Shown here in pieces: positions 6,666 through 15,977 of a stretch of DNA of 58,933 nt. The stretch lies in NCBI GenBank assembly GCA_037134495.1, contig JBAXMC010000001.1:1-58933 (forward strand), read 5' to 3'. The DNA is from Myxococcaceae bacterium. Its GTDB lineage: Bacteria > Myxococcota > UBA727 > JABDBI01. The notes beneath the pieces were generated by a model, which saw only the letters and a program-made list of their open reading frames with translations, ran no database searches and had not been told where the DNA came from. The translations under genes and the position numbers were made by a program. The stretch's first letter is position 1. Each line of letters opens with the position of its first letter.

Positions 6666-8972
6666 ATGTTATTTGTTGATTTCATGAAAAAATGTATCAT
6701 TATTTTATCTCTCTGTTTTTCCATTGGAGCCAGCGCTCAGTGGGAGGCACCTGTAGCTGGAGCAGTTGCGGGTTTTCAAATTGGCGGAGCAACTGGAGCA
6801 GCCGCGGGCTTGCTGGTGGGCTGTGCCGATGAAATTTTTGTATCCAATGGCTTCTACGACAAGCATTACTTAGCCTCTGGCGCACTGGGAGTAGGGTTGC
6901 TTCAGCCAATGGCCTTGCCCTACCATATCAGCGAAGGGATTGGATTTTTAGCAGGTCTCTTGTTGTCAACGGGACACCTGACTCCTTGGCTAGACACTCT
7001 GACGGGTCCGGCCATGAATGGACTCATGGGAGCGAGCTTGATGGGTCCCGCAGGCGCAGTAGGTGGTCTCGTTTGTTCAGGTGTTGATACGTTTCTCATG
7101 AAACAAAACTGGACAGATAAGCCTTATCTAGAGAAAACTCTACAAGGTATCTCAGGTGCCAATGTCCTCGGATTGCAATTTGGTTTTTCTGCCCCCATCA
7201 GACTTTCAGCTGGCATTGGACTGAGTTCTTATTATCTCGCTGCTCAAGATAAGAATATGCATCAAACCACTGCTTTGGAACTTGGAAAAAAATTATATAA
7301 AGTCTATGCCAAATTGATGAACCCAAAGCAATTGGACCAACTCCTTGAACAGCAAGTACTGGTCATGGCGGCAAGCAATCTGGCCACTGCGAGGCTGCTC
7401 TACCAACTGAATGGTTTTGACGCCAAAATAGACGATGGGATTAGCCAGATTGTCGATAAAAAAGAACTGTTTTTCGGCGCAATGAAAGATCTTTCTATTT
7501 TTCTAATCCCATACTTTGCTATTGATACATCATCCAACCAAATTTCGAAATATTTGAGTTCAACATTCTCTGCCAAACTAGAGAACAAGGCCTTTGAAAA
7601 CTATTTATTTAAGGAAGCGCCTCTGAAGCTTGGTCTCGATAATTCGACTCAAACAGCGGTTTCGAAATTGCGAGAAAACATACAAGCAGTTTCCGGAGAA
7701 GGAAATAATTTGCTTGGCATAGCTTTTCAAGGCAGCACAGGTACTCTATTCCAAATCAGCGTTCTCTACCAAAAACAATCGTTGGATCTCATACCCTTGT
7801 CGGCTGCCTGTCAGGCGATTGTGGCTTGCGTTTCCGTACCACTGTCTCATTGGCATGCCAGTTATAAACTGCTCATCGATGAAGAAGATAACAAGATTAA
7901 ACTTTATGATACTGCAGCCAATACACAAGCCGACCTGATTATACCTTATGACAGGTTAGATCTTCTGAGAAATAAATCGTCTCAGGCCGTCACAAAAAGG
8001 CAAAACCTACAATATAAACAGTCTCTCATCGGAGGATTGATGGGTGGCTTTTCCAGAATTTCGCGTACTGCTGAAAATATTTTGAGATACGCCTTTATTG
8101 GTGGCAAGATACTCAGCGGGGCTTTTAAAACAGATGAGCGATATCAGGTGCTAGTAGGTGGCATGGCAGTATCACAGGCCATGTCATGGGGCCCTCAAAA
8201 TGCCGTTGCAATTTCACAGGTCGAGAAACAAATCGAGCAAATTTCGAGTGTTCTGGAAGCAATTCAAAAAAACTTCGAATCAAACAAGCCACAGCTGATT
8301 TTTAAGACCCTCCAAGATACTCAATCAGCTATCGAATATACAAACATCAAAGCAGGTCTTAAAGAAGGTGAAACACGCATCACAATTGAAAACCTCTATC
8401 TAAAAAATGGCATTTATGCTGTTACCGGCCCTTCTGGTTACGGAAAATCAACGTTTTTGAAAAAGCTAAAAGGGTTGCAGCACAGCTATGGCTGGGCACA
8501 AGGCGAAGTCACTTATTGGACACCCAATGGAGAATCTCCCAAACTAACTTTTATTTCTCAAAAAGACTATCTCATGCCTTACGCCAGCTTGCTTGAGATT
8601 ATCTTGTCCAAGACTGAATACTCTCTAGAAGAACACGAACGTGTTCAATCGCTTGCAAAAGAAATAGAGCTCGACAAAAACGATTTTCTTGCTCAGCAGC
8701 CCAGCTGGGAAGAACTCAGTGGCGGTGAACGCAAGAAAGTAGCGGTAATTTCGGCGATTATGCAGAATCCAAATATTCTTGTGTTGGATGAAACTTTCGT
8801 AGGGCTTGATCCAAAGTCACTTCAGAACACACAAGCAATGCTCAAAAAATATTTGCCTAACACTCTGTTCTTAGTGGTTGAACAGCAACTTGAAGCCAAT
8901 AACCGTTTTGGATTTTATGATTATGAGCTGCGACTTGATGAGGGCAGAATTCGAGATTTAGAAAAGCATTAA
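6666..8972 (+). CDS. ABC transporter fusion protein: N-terminal Gly-rich membrane region, an ABCD/SbmA-like transmembrane region, and a C-terminal ATPase
   Basis: Walker A GPSGYGKST, signature LSGGERKK, Walker B ILVLDE. The middle region resembles the ABC_membrane_2 type (GLDNSTQ...). An alternative ATG at 6684 gives MKKCIIILSLCFSIGASAQ. Confidence 0.7.
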   Translation: MLFVDFMKKCIIILSLCFSIGASAQWEAPVAGAVAGFQIGGATGAAAGLLVGCADEIFVSNGFYDKHYLASGALGVGLLQPMALPYHISEGIGFLAGLLLSTGHLTPWLDTLTGPAMNGLMGASLMGPAGAVGGLVCSGVDTFLMKQNWTDKPYLEKTLQGISGANVLGLQFGFSAPIRLSAGIGLSSYYLAAQDKNMHQTTALELGKKLYKVYAKLMNPKQLDQLLEQQVLVMAASNLATARLLYQLNGFDAKIDDGISQIVDKKELFFGAMKDLSIFLIPYFAIDTSSNQISKYLSSTFSAKLENKAFENYLFKEAPLKLGLDNSTQTAVSKLRENIQAVSGEGNNLLGIAFQGSTGTLFQISVLYQKQSLDLIPLSAACQAIVACVSVPLSHWHASYKLLIDEEDNKIKLYDTAANTQADLIIPYDRLDLLRNKSSQAVTKRQNLQYKQSLIGGLMGGFSRISRTAENILRYAFIGGKILSGAFKTDERYQVLVGGMAVSQAMSWGPQNAVAISQVEKQIEQISSVLEAIQKNFESNKPQLIFKTLQDTQSAIEYTNIKAGLKEGETRITIENLYLKNGIYAVTGPSGYGKSTFLKKLKGLQHSYGWAQGEVTYWTPNGESPKLTFISQKDYLMPYASLLEIILSKTEYSLEEHERVQSLAKEIELDKNDFLAQQPSWEELSGGERKKVAVISAIMQNPNILVLDETFVGLDPKSLQNTQAMLKKYLPNTLFLVVEQQLEANNRFGFYDYELRLDEGRIRDLEKH

Positions 8973-9013
8973 AGCATGCTAGCTTCTTCTCCTAACTGAA
9001 GGAGATTTTATCT

Positions 9014-9613
9014 ATGTACAGCTTGATTCAAAAACCCGCCCCGGATTTTACCGCTGAAACCGTCATGCCTAATGGCGAATTCACCAAACTCACTCTGTCT
9101 AGTTTCAAAGACAAAAAATATGTCTGCCTGTTCTTTTATCCCCTAGATTTTACGTTTGTTTGTCCGTCTGAGATCTTGTCTTTTTCCCATAAAGCCAAAG
9201 AATTTGAAGACCGAAATACGCAAATTTTGGGCGTTTCTGTCGATTCCAAATTTAGCCATCACGCTTGGAGACAGACAGCGCTCGAGCAAGGCGGTATCGG
9301 ACCTATTAATTTTCCGTTGGTTTCAGATTTAACCAAAGAAATTTCGCGCGATTATGGCGTGCTGGTCGAAGATGCTGTCGCCCTGCGAGGAACTTTCTTG
9401 ATTGATAAATCAGGAATCGTTAGACATGCAACGCTCAATGACTTGCCACTGGGTCGTAATGTCGATGAAACTCTACGCATGATTGATGCTTTGCAGCATA
9501 CTGAACAATATGGCGAAGTGTGCCCTGCTGGTTGGAAAAAAGGCGAAACAGCTATGAAACCGACAGCTGCCGGTGTTGCTTCTTACTTGAAAGAAAACGG
9601 TTCGAAGCTCTGA
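9014..9613 (+). CDS. ahpC: Typical 2-Cys peroxiredoxin (AhpC/Prx1 family)
   Basis: Peroxidatic Cys motif DFTFVCPSE and resolving Cys in GEVCPAGW. GGAG RBS upstream. Confidence 0.92.
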   Translation: MYSLIQKPAPDFTAETVMPNGEFTKLTLSSFKDKKYVCLFFYPLDFTFVCPSEILSFSHKAKEFEDRNTQILGVSVDSKFSHHAWRQTALEQGGIGPINFPLVSDLTKEISRDYGVLVEDAVALRGTFLIDKSGIVRHATLNDLPLGRNVDETLRMIDALQHTEQYGEVCPAGWKKGETAMKPTAAGVASYLKENGSKL

Positions 9614-9640
9614 AAAAAATCCCCTCTGTTAACAGAGGGG
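9613..9640 (-). terminator. Intrinsic terminator between convergent genes. The T-run is on the minus strand, and the hairpin could also act on ahpC.
   Basis: Perfect 20-nt palindrome CCCCTCTGTTAACAGAGGGG (9621-9640), flanked by A7 on the plus strand, which is T7 after the hairpin on the minus strand. Confidence 0.7.
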
Positions 9641-9654
9641 AGTCATAAGATTTC

Positions 9655-10023
9655 TTATTTCTTGGCAACAACTGGAGCTTGCTGAGTTGTTTGAGTTTGG
9701 GTCTGACCCTTTGTTTGCGCAGCTGGAGCTGGAGCTTGTTGAGCCTGTGTCTGAGTTTTTGGAGCATCTTGCTTAACAGGAGCTTGAGCAGCTGGGGCTT
9801 GAGCCTGAGTTTGACCTTTTGGAGCGTCACAAGCTGGAGCACAAGGAGCCTTTGGAGCATCTTGTTGCTTGGCTGGAGCAGCTTGGAACTTGTCAGTCAC
9901 CGGAACAGCAACAGGAGCCTTTGCCGGGGTTTGCTGAGCTGTTTGGGCTTGAGTCTGACCCTTAACTGGAGCTTGTTGTACTGCTGGGGTTTGTTGAGCT
10001 TGGGTTTGGCCTACTGCTTTCAT
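9655..10023 (-). CDS. Low-complexity Gln/Ala/Pro/Thr/Lys-rich repeat protein (122 aa), function unknown
   Basis: A GAGG RBS lies 8 nt upstream of the ATG, and the terminator follows the gene. It contains repeated KGQTQAQ-type units. Two other overlapping ORFs in this repeat DNA lack start context. Confidence 0.5.
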   Translation of the reverse strand: MKAVGQTQAQQTPAVQQAPVKGQTQAQTAQQTPAKAPVAVPVTDKFQAAPAKQQDAPKAPCAPACDAPKGQTQAQAPAAQAPVKQDAPKTQTQAQQAPAPAAQTKGQTQTQTTQQAPVVAKK

Positions 10024-10178
10024 GATAATACCTCGATGTTTAAGTTTTAAGTTTCAACAAGCGCATCCTCTACGAACACGCTCGTTCACAAGAACCTCTT
10101 GCGCAAGATTCTTTATTCCAGAAGGTCAAGTTTTGGACTTGACATGTTTTTTAAATGTATTATTTTGACAATCAAATC

Positions 10179-11375
10179 ATGAAACACTTATTTTGTATTG
10201 TTTTCGTTTTTCTGAGCGCTTGTGGGCCTCAGCCGGATCGTGCGCCTAAAAAAATTGAGTACATGATCACACTTCAAGACAATGGATTTTTAGTCGAGAT
10301 CAAGCATGACGGAACTCAAAGATTAAACATTCTCGGCCTATCCCGTGAACCGTCTCTCGAATCCAAAATTCTAAGGGGGACAGAAGAATACCCTGTTCGT
10401 TATACGGTAACCCCTAAAAAACTTCCTCTGCCTCGAATAAGAGCCCTTCCAACAATCTTCGATTTTGAAAATGGTTTTTTTCAGACAGTGGGTCATGCTT
10501 TTCTCATGTGCACAAGCCAAATGGATTCTAAAAAGTCTATTCGAATAACCTGGAAGGGTCGTTCTAATTGGAAATTCGCAAACTCTTTTTCTGCTACTCA
10601 AAACGAACAAAATTTCGAAGCCAATTGCGATGAGCTCAGGGCAGCACTTTATACAGGTGGTTCCGAACTCACACTTTATAAAACTTGGTTTGGTGTTTTA
10701 GCGCTCATAGGAGAGTTTAAAACTCTCGATATTCATGACATAGAAGATGCTCTTAAGCGCAACATGGAACGCGTTCTCGAGTTTTGGGATTCAGAACCAG
10801 ATGAGCACTATTTTATAGCCTTAAGCAGCAAAAAAGATACAGCTTTTGGTGGAACAGCTCACTTGCGCTCTTTTCAAATCAACTTACCAGAGGACCTCAA
10901 ACCCTATCAGTTAGATCACTTGATCACTCATGAATATTTTCACAATTGGAACGGCCTCAGAATCAACCAGCTACCCTCTGTCAACAATGACCATCTTGAT
11001 GTCTGGTGGTTCGTTGAAGGATTCACAGATTACTACGCTTATCTGCTCAACAAAATACCAGACACAGAAGTTTTCCAAAACATCGGATTGGCTGAACTTA
11101 AGCAAAAATATAGCGATACTGATGACACTTATTCCAAGATTCCCTATATTCAAGGCAGGCGGATTGCCGGGAAATTAGATGGAAAAATTCGAACGCATTC
11201 AGGCAAAGAACTTAAGCATGTGATGCATGAGATCATAAAACTTTCTGAGAAAAATCCTAATTATTATCTAACCCGTGAGAATATTCTCGGTGTTATTTGC
11301 ATCGGCGGTTATATGTCTTGCACAGAAGCCACAGAGATTCTTAGAAATCATGTTGATTTAGGCATGTCATTCTAG
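10179..11375 (+). CDS. Lipoprotein HExxH metallopeptidase (M61-like)
   Basis: Lipobox FLSAC-G after MKHLFCIVFVF. Zinc motif ITHEYFHNWNG resembles glycyl-aminopeptidase M61 (HEfFHxWN). An alternative ATG lies at 10155. Confidence 0.55.
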   Translation: MKHLFCIVFVFLSACGPQPDRAPKKIEYMITLQDNGFLVEIKHDGTQRLNILGLSREPSLESKILRGTEEYPVRYTVTPKKLPLPRIRALPTIFDFENGFFQTVGHAFLMCTSQMDSKKSIRITWKGRSNWKFANSFSATQNEQNFEANCDELRAALYTGGSELTLYKTWFGVLALIGEFKTLDIHDIEDALKRNMERVLEFWDSEPDEHYFIALSSKKDTAFGGTAHLRSFQINLPEDLKPYQLDHLITHEYFHNWNGLRINQLPSVNNDHLDVWWFVEGFTDYYAYLLNKIPDTEVFQNIGLAELKQKYSDTDDTYSKIPYIQGRRIAGKLDGKIRTHSGKELKHVMHEIIKLSEKNPNYYLTRENILGVICIGGYMSCTEATEILRNHVDLGMSF

Positions 11376-12899
11376 CTTCATGGTCAGTTCTTCGGACTCT
11401 TTTTCAGTCAGCAAGCTAGACTCCATAGAATCCCGATAAGAGACGCGAGCAATCTGTTTAAGTTGTCTTTGAATTGTCTCTAAACGCAAAGCTGCTGCTT
11501 GTTGGAAACTAGGATCTTCTTGTCTCGCTTCAAGGTTTTTTAAGATTCCAACGCGCTCTGCCTGCAAATCAGCAATCAAAGCTTTGGCTGCTGGCAAATC
11601 TTGCGAAGACAGTTTCGAAACAGCTTCCAGCTGAGCCTTAATCGCTTTTAGCCTCGCTAAACTCTTATTTAAAAAAGAAACAGCCTCTGTTCGAACAGGC
11701 ATTAAATCCAACCAACGCAGCAGCATGCCAATTGTTGAGCCCTGAAATACGACTGATAAAACAACCACACCAAAAGTCATCGCAATCATCGTGTCTTTAA
11801 AGGCAATAGAATCTGGCAGTGACAAAACAAGCACCATGGATAAAGCACCACGAAGGCCCGCCCACCAAACCATCGTCGCATTTTTAACGCTGAGCGGCTG
11901 CCCCATGCGGCGCAAAACAGGCAAAGACATGTAAATGGACACAGCCCGGGAAGCCTGAACCGCTAAATAAGCAATCGCAATAACAGAAGCATTGCTAAAT
12001 AGTAGCGGCACACTGACTTCTAAACCCATCATCAGAAACACAATACTGCTAACAAAAAACGAGACATACTCCCAAAAGCTTGTCACAGCCACTTGAGTAT
12101 TAGGATTAAAGCCTTTTTTAGAGCCGAAATTTCCAACAAACAACCCAGCCATCACCGTCGCAAGAATACCGGACATATGAACACGTTCGGCCAACAAATA
12201 AGAACCGTAAGCCGTCACTGTTGTCATGGCGATCGCAATTAAGTGATCTTCGGCTAGAGAAATCACAAATCCAGCAAACAGCCCCAAAATAGAACCGATT
12301 AATAAGCCACCCAGCGAATAGCTAATTAACTGGACGATGCTATCGGTCCAGTCAAAATGACCCACACTCAATGCAATTAAAACTGCGTTGTAAAAAACAA
12401 TGGCCGTCCCATCGTTAAATAAGCTCTCGCCTTCTATAATCAAAGACAAGCGCCGTTCAACGCCCAATTGCCGAAGCAAACTGATGACAGAAACAGGATC
12501 GGTTGCTGCAATGATCGTTCCGAAAAGCAAAAAATGCAAAAAACCTAAAGAGTCTGAAAAACCTAAAGTTGAAAAACTCACCTGGAGAACAAGCGCTGTG
12601 ATGAGCGCGGCAATCAGAACACCTGGTAAAGCCAATGTCGCAATGGTTGGTGAATATTTACGCAATTCATGCGCAGGAAAGTGAATGGCTGCTTCAAACA
12701 AAAGAGCCGGCAAAAAAATCGTTAACAATAAACCAGGCGTAAGCTTGAGATCTGGCACCACATGCAAGGCATTAATACCAATACCCACAAGCACCAAAGA
12801 AACCGTATAAGGCACTTTAATACGGGCAGCCACAACACCTACAATCGTCGCGACAATCATCAACGAGACTAAGGCCTGTACGGTTTCTAGTTCACTCAT
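11367..12899 (-). CDS. nhaP: Na+/H+ antiporter, CPA1 (NhaP-type), with a C-terminal cytoplasmic coiled tail
   Basis: About 12 hydrophobic segments with CPA1-like stretches (ATDPVSV, SLFNDG, WAGLRGA). Confidence 0.8.
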   Translation of the reverse strand: MSELETVQALVSLMIVATIVGVVAARIKVPYTVSLVLVGIGINALHVVPDLKLTPGLLLTIFLPALLFEAAIHFPAHELRKYSPTIATLALPGVLIAALITALVLQVSFSTLGFSDSLGFLHFLLFGTIIAATDPVSVISLLRQLGVERRLSLIIEGESLFNDGTAIVFYNAVLIALSVGHFDWTDSIVQLISYSLGGLLIGSILGLFAGFVISLAEDHLIAIAMTTVTAYGSYLLAERVHMSGILATVMAGLFVGNFGSKKGFNPNTQVAVTSFWEYVSFFVSSIVFLMMGLEVSVPLLFSNASVIAIAYLAVQASRAVSIYMSLPVLRRMGQPLSVKNATMVWWAGLRGALSMVLVLSLPDSIAFKDTMIAMTFGVVVLSVVFQGSTIGMLLRWLDLMPVRTEAVSFLNKSLARLKAIKAQLEAVSKLSSQDLPAAKALIADLQAERVGILKNLEARQEDPSFQQAAALRLETIQRQLKQIARVSYRDSMESSLLTEKESEELTMKLE

Positions 12900-14491
12900 A
12901 ATAACACCGGAAAACTCTTCTCATAATACTTCAAAAACGCCTTTTCAAGATCTGTCAGTAATCTTTCATCAATTAACCGAGCATCTAATGGACAAAAGGA
13001 TAAAGGAACTACTTTCAAAAATCCAGGAAACTCTACATCTTCTACAGCTGTGCACAAGTTTTCAATTCGAACACCCCCAAATCCTTCGATGTAAATTCCA
13101 GGCTCAATCGAGAACACTTGAGACACTTCAATCGGACTTGTACTTGCAGTCGATACACGCGGCGGGTCTTCATGGACATTAATGCCAACGCCATGTCCCG
13201 TACCGTGATTATAGTTATAACCCAAACGCCAAATCGGGTCTCTGACAATGGCATCCAATTGCACGCCTGTTGTTCCTTTTGGGAACCGAGCACTCATACC
13301 TGCGATTGAGCCTTTCAGTACCGCCGTAAAAATTTGCTTTTGGAAGTCTGTCGCTTTTTGATTGGGGCCTCCCATTAGGAAAGTTCGAGTCAAATCCGTC
13401 GCATAGCCACCTTCGTAATAAGCGCCTGAATCCAATAAAAATAAATCGCCAGCCTTTAATGGCTCTTTGGTCTCTGGGGTTCCATGGTGAATCTGGGCCC
13501 CATTTTTGCCACCACCACAGATCGGCTTAAATGACAGACCGGTAACACCTGATTTCTCGTACTCATCTCGGATTTTCTCGTCCACAGAACTTTCAGTGAT
13601 ATTTTTTTTCTGATCAAATTGTGCACAAACCCAAGCTTGTACACTGGCAACCACTCGGTCAGCTCGCGCAATCGCGCTGCGCATGTGGTTAAGTTCAGAC
13701 GGATTCTTGATCGACTTCATGTGCTGAAAAGGACTTTTGACAAAAACAATCTCAGCACCGGCTTGTTCTAACTCCCTTCGAACAGCTTCTGGAGTAAGCG
13801 CAGGGTCCAAACCCACCCGAGTATTTTTTTTAATAAAAATCGGCCCCGTCAGCAATTCCAAACGTTCAGGATAAGCCAGAGCTCTCGCAGAAAAAACAGC
13901 CTGATAGGGGAACTCACTGCTGCGCTGATTGGTAAGCCAAGCAATTTCGTCCAAAGGGACCACCAAAAAAGCGTCTAGTTTATTAGCTTGAAAGAAAGAA
14001 GCTGCTCGTTTTAGGCGACTGACAGTGCTTTCACCCGTAATACTCTCTGGGACCTCCCAAGTTTTATGTTGACCAACAGGAGCAGGAGGTGGACCAAATG
14101 AAGGCAGCTCTGCCAAATCAAAATTTTTGAGCTTTTCAAACAAATTAACCGAGATGCGATCGGTCTCAATACCGATTTTAACTTTTCCCCAAGTTTCTAG
14201 TTCTGTGATCCAAGCGCTTTCTATAGACTGGCCTAACGGAAGCACTCGTACTTCAAAATCAGGCGCCTCGGCTTTAGCCTGAATGGCGTATCTGCCATCG
14301 ACAAACAAAATGGCTTTATCGGCGCTCACAAGCACATCACCGAGAGAACCCGTAAAGCCCGTCAAATAAGCTCGACGACTTTGCTCTGTGGGCACATATT
14401 CGTTTAAATAACAGTCCGTTGAGCGGACCAAACCGCCTTGCAACTGACTTCTTTGGAGTAATTGACGAAAAGTAGTTAGGCGCTGGTTCAT
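12896..14491 (-). CDS. pepP: Xaa-Pro aminopeptidase (M24B, aminopeptidase P family)
   Basis: Pita-bread metal ligand motifs (LLDSGAYYEGGYATDLTRT, HGTGHGVGINVHE, SIEPGIY, VRIEN). N-terminal creatinase-like domains. Confidence 0.85.
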   Translation of the reverse strand: MNQRLTTFRQLLQRSQLQGGLVRSTDCYLNEYVPTEQSRRAYLTGFTGSLGDVLVSADKAILFVDGRYAIQAKAEAPDFEVRVLPLGQSIESAWITELETWGKVKIGIETDRISVNLFEKLKNFDLAELPSFGPPPAPVGQHKTWEVPESITGESTVSRLKRAASFFQANKLDAFLVVPLDEIAWLTNQRSSEFPYQAVFSARALAYPERLELLTGPIFIKKNTRVGLDPALTPEAVRRELEQAGAEIVFVKSPFQHMKSIKNPSELNHMRSAIARADRVVASVQAWVCAQFDQKKNITESSVDEKIRDEYEKSGVTGLSFKPICGGGKNGAQIHHGTPETKEPLKAGDLFLLDSGAYYEGGYATDLTRTFLMGGPNQKATDFQKQIFTAVLKGSIAGMSARFPKGTTGVQLDAIVRDPIWRLGYNYNHGTGHGVGINVHEDPPRVSTASTSPIEVSQVFSIEPGIYIEGFGGVRIENLCTAVEDVEFPGFLKVVPLSFCPLDARLIDERLLTDLEKAFLKYYEKSFPVLL

Positions 14492-14612
14492 AGGAGGGTT
14501 TTATAACCCAGTTGAACGAGAATCGACACAAGAATCCAAGCACTTCCTTCCAAAAAATAAATATTTCAACAAATTAAGATTTTCACTGAAACATGCTGTT
14601 ATATTTATAAAC

Positions 14613-15977
14613 ATGAGAACACTGATCACTTTTTTATGTGTTGGATTGTTTGGATTATCAGCATCAGCTACTCCAGAGCGGATGCTCGGTTTACGACGAC
14701 TTCCAAAGGGAAGGCTTGATTTTGCGCCAGCTCCCGATCTTCGTAGTTACAGTCAAGAAACGGTTGATTGGCGTCCTTATAGCACCGTCATGAATCAAGG
14801 CAATTGCGGCAGTTGTGTAGCGTTTGCCACCATCGCAACTCTACAGATACAAATGTCAATTGCGGCTGGTGTATCTTGGCTCAACCCTCATTATTCTACA
14901 GATGCCTTGTTCGCCTGCGGAGGCGGCAGCTGTGACGGTGGTTGGATGCCTGAAGAAGCAGTAAGCTATCTACAATCTTCAGGAGTTCCCGATGAAGCAT
15001 GCTTGCCTAATACGTCAGCATCTAGCAGTTTTGATGCACAGTGCAGCGACATGTGTTCTGACTCATCATCAAGAATTTATAAAATCTTAAGCTATACAAC
15101 ACCAACAAGCGGCGGCGGAGATGTCGAGACTGTTAAAGCAGCTTTAAGAAAAGGTCCCTTGGTAACAACTCTTTCTGTCTATGATGATTTCTTGCTATAT
15201 GAAAAAGGCGTTTATCAACATAAGACAGGAAACATTCTCGGAGGCCATGCAGTCAGCCTCGTTGGTTTTGATGACACCAAAAGAGCTTGGTTGGTCCAAA
15301 ACAGCTGTGGACCCGACTGGGGAGAGGGTGGATATATTTGGATAAGCTGGGACGACGATTCAGGCATCGGCGGAGAAACCTGGGGACTGGAGCTCGAACA
15401 TCCCGCAAACTTTATCAGCGTCACTTATCCCAATGACCTAGATTATGTTTCAGGACAAATTAAATTAACTTCTCAAGGCAATGTCAAATTCCATCTTAGA
15501 GATTCTAAAGGACAAGAGATCGGTGTTTACACAGCTGACAGTATCTATGCTTTTGACACAACCAAACTGCGAGAAGGGCGTTTCGAGATCTATGCTGAAA
15601 GTCTCTCTGCTCCTGGTGTCAAATCACAAGTGAGAGAATTTTACATCTTGAATAGTGAGCCCCAAATGTCTCTTTCTTTCTCGCCGGTCAAGAAAATCAA
15701 ACCTAACGGCTCAGTCAATGGTCGTATCGAGTTTGATATCAAAGCGATTTTCTCGCCCGTCCCGATCCAACACTTACAATTGAGAATACTGGATCCACAA
15801 GGTAAAGTCGTCAAAACGTTGTCTAACGATCGTGTGTTATCAGCCATGAGAATGGGTTGGCGAACCCCTACAGTACCCAATGGACACTATAATTTAGTGC
15901 TTCATGGAGAAACCAACTACAATGGGAAAGTCTATTCAGTTGATTCGAGTGCACTGGGTGTCACGGTGAAAAATTAA
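14613..15977 (+). CDS. Secreted papain-family (C1A) cysteine protease with a C-terminal beta-rich (Ig-like) extension
   Basis: A signal peptide, catalytic Cys in QGNCGSCVAF, catalytic His in GGHAVSLVGFDD, and NSCGPDWGEGGY in place of the usual NSWG...GY. Confidence 0.8.
   Translation: MRTLITFLCVGLFGLSASATPERMLGLRRLPKGRLDFAPAPDLRSYSQETVDWRPYSTVMNQGNCGSCVAFATIATLQIQMSIAAGVSWLNPHYSTDALFACGGGSCDGGWMPEEAVSYLQSSGVPDEACLPNTSASSSFDAQCSDMCSDSSSRIYKILSYTTPTSGGGDVETVKAALRKGPLVTTLSVYDDFLLYEKGVYQHKTGNILGGHAVSLVGFDDTKRAWLVQNSCGPDWGEGGYIWISWDDDSGIGGETWGLELEHPANFISVTYPNDLDYVSGQIKLTSQGNVKFHLRDSKGQEIGVYTADSIYAFDTTKLREGRFEIYAESLSAPGVKSQVREFYILNSEPQMSLSFSPVKKIKPNGSVNGRIEFDIKAIFSPVPIQHLQLRILDPQGKVVKTLSNDRVLSAMRMGWRTPTVPNGHYNLVLHGETNYNGKVYSVDSSALGVTVKN

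Noticed and set aside
9552-10050. Two additional ORFs (9552-9860 minus, 9679-10050 plus) overlap the Q/A/P/T-rich gene.
   Set aside because: These open frames are a by-product of the short-period repeat DNA. One overlaps the ahpC 3' end and the terminator, and neither has an RBS. Only the 9655-10023 frame has a GAGG RBS, an ATG and a terminator.
10123-10150. A hairpin GTCAAGttttggaCTTGAC followed by T6 upstream of the M61-like peptidase gene, as a possible attenuator. It overlaps a TTGACA-16-TATTTT promoter-like string.
   Set aside because: The stem is only 6 bp and no upstream plus-strand transcript is evident. It is equally compatible with a simple promoter, so there is not enough support.
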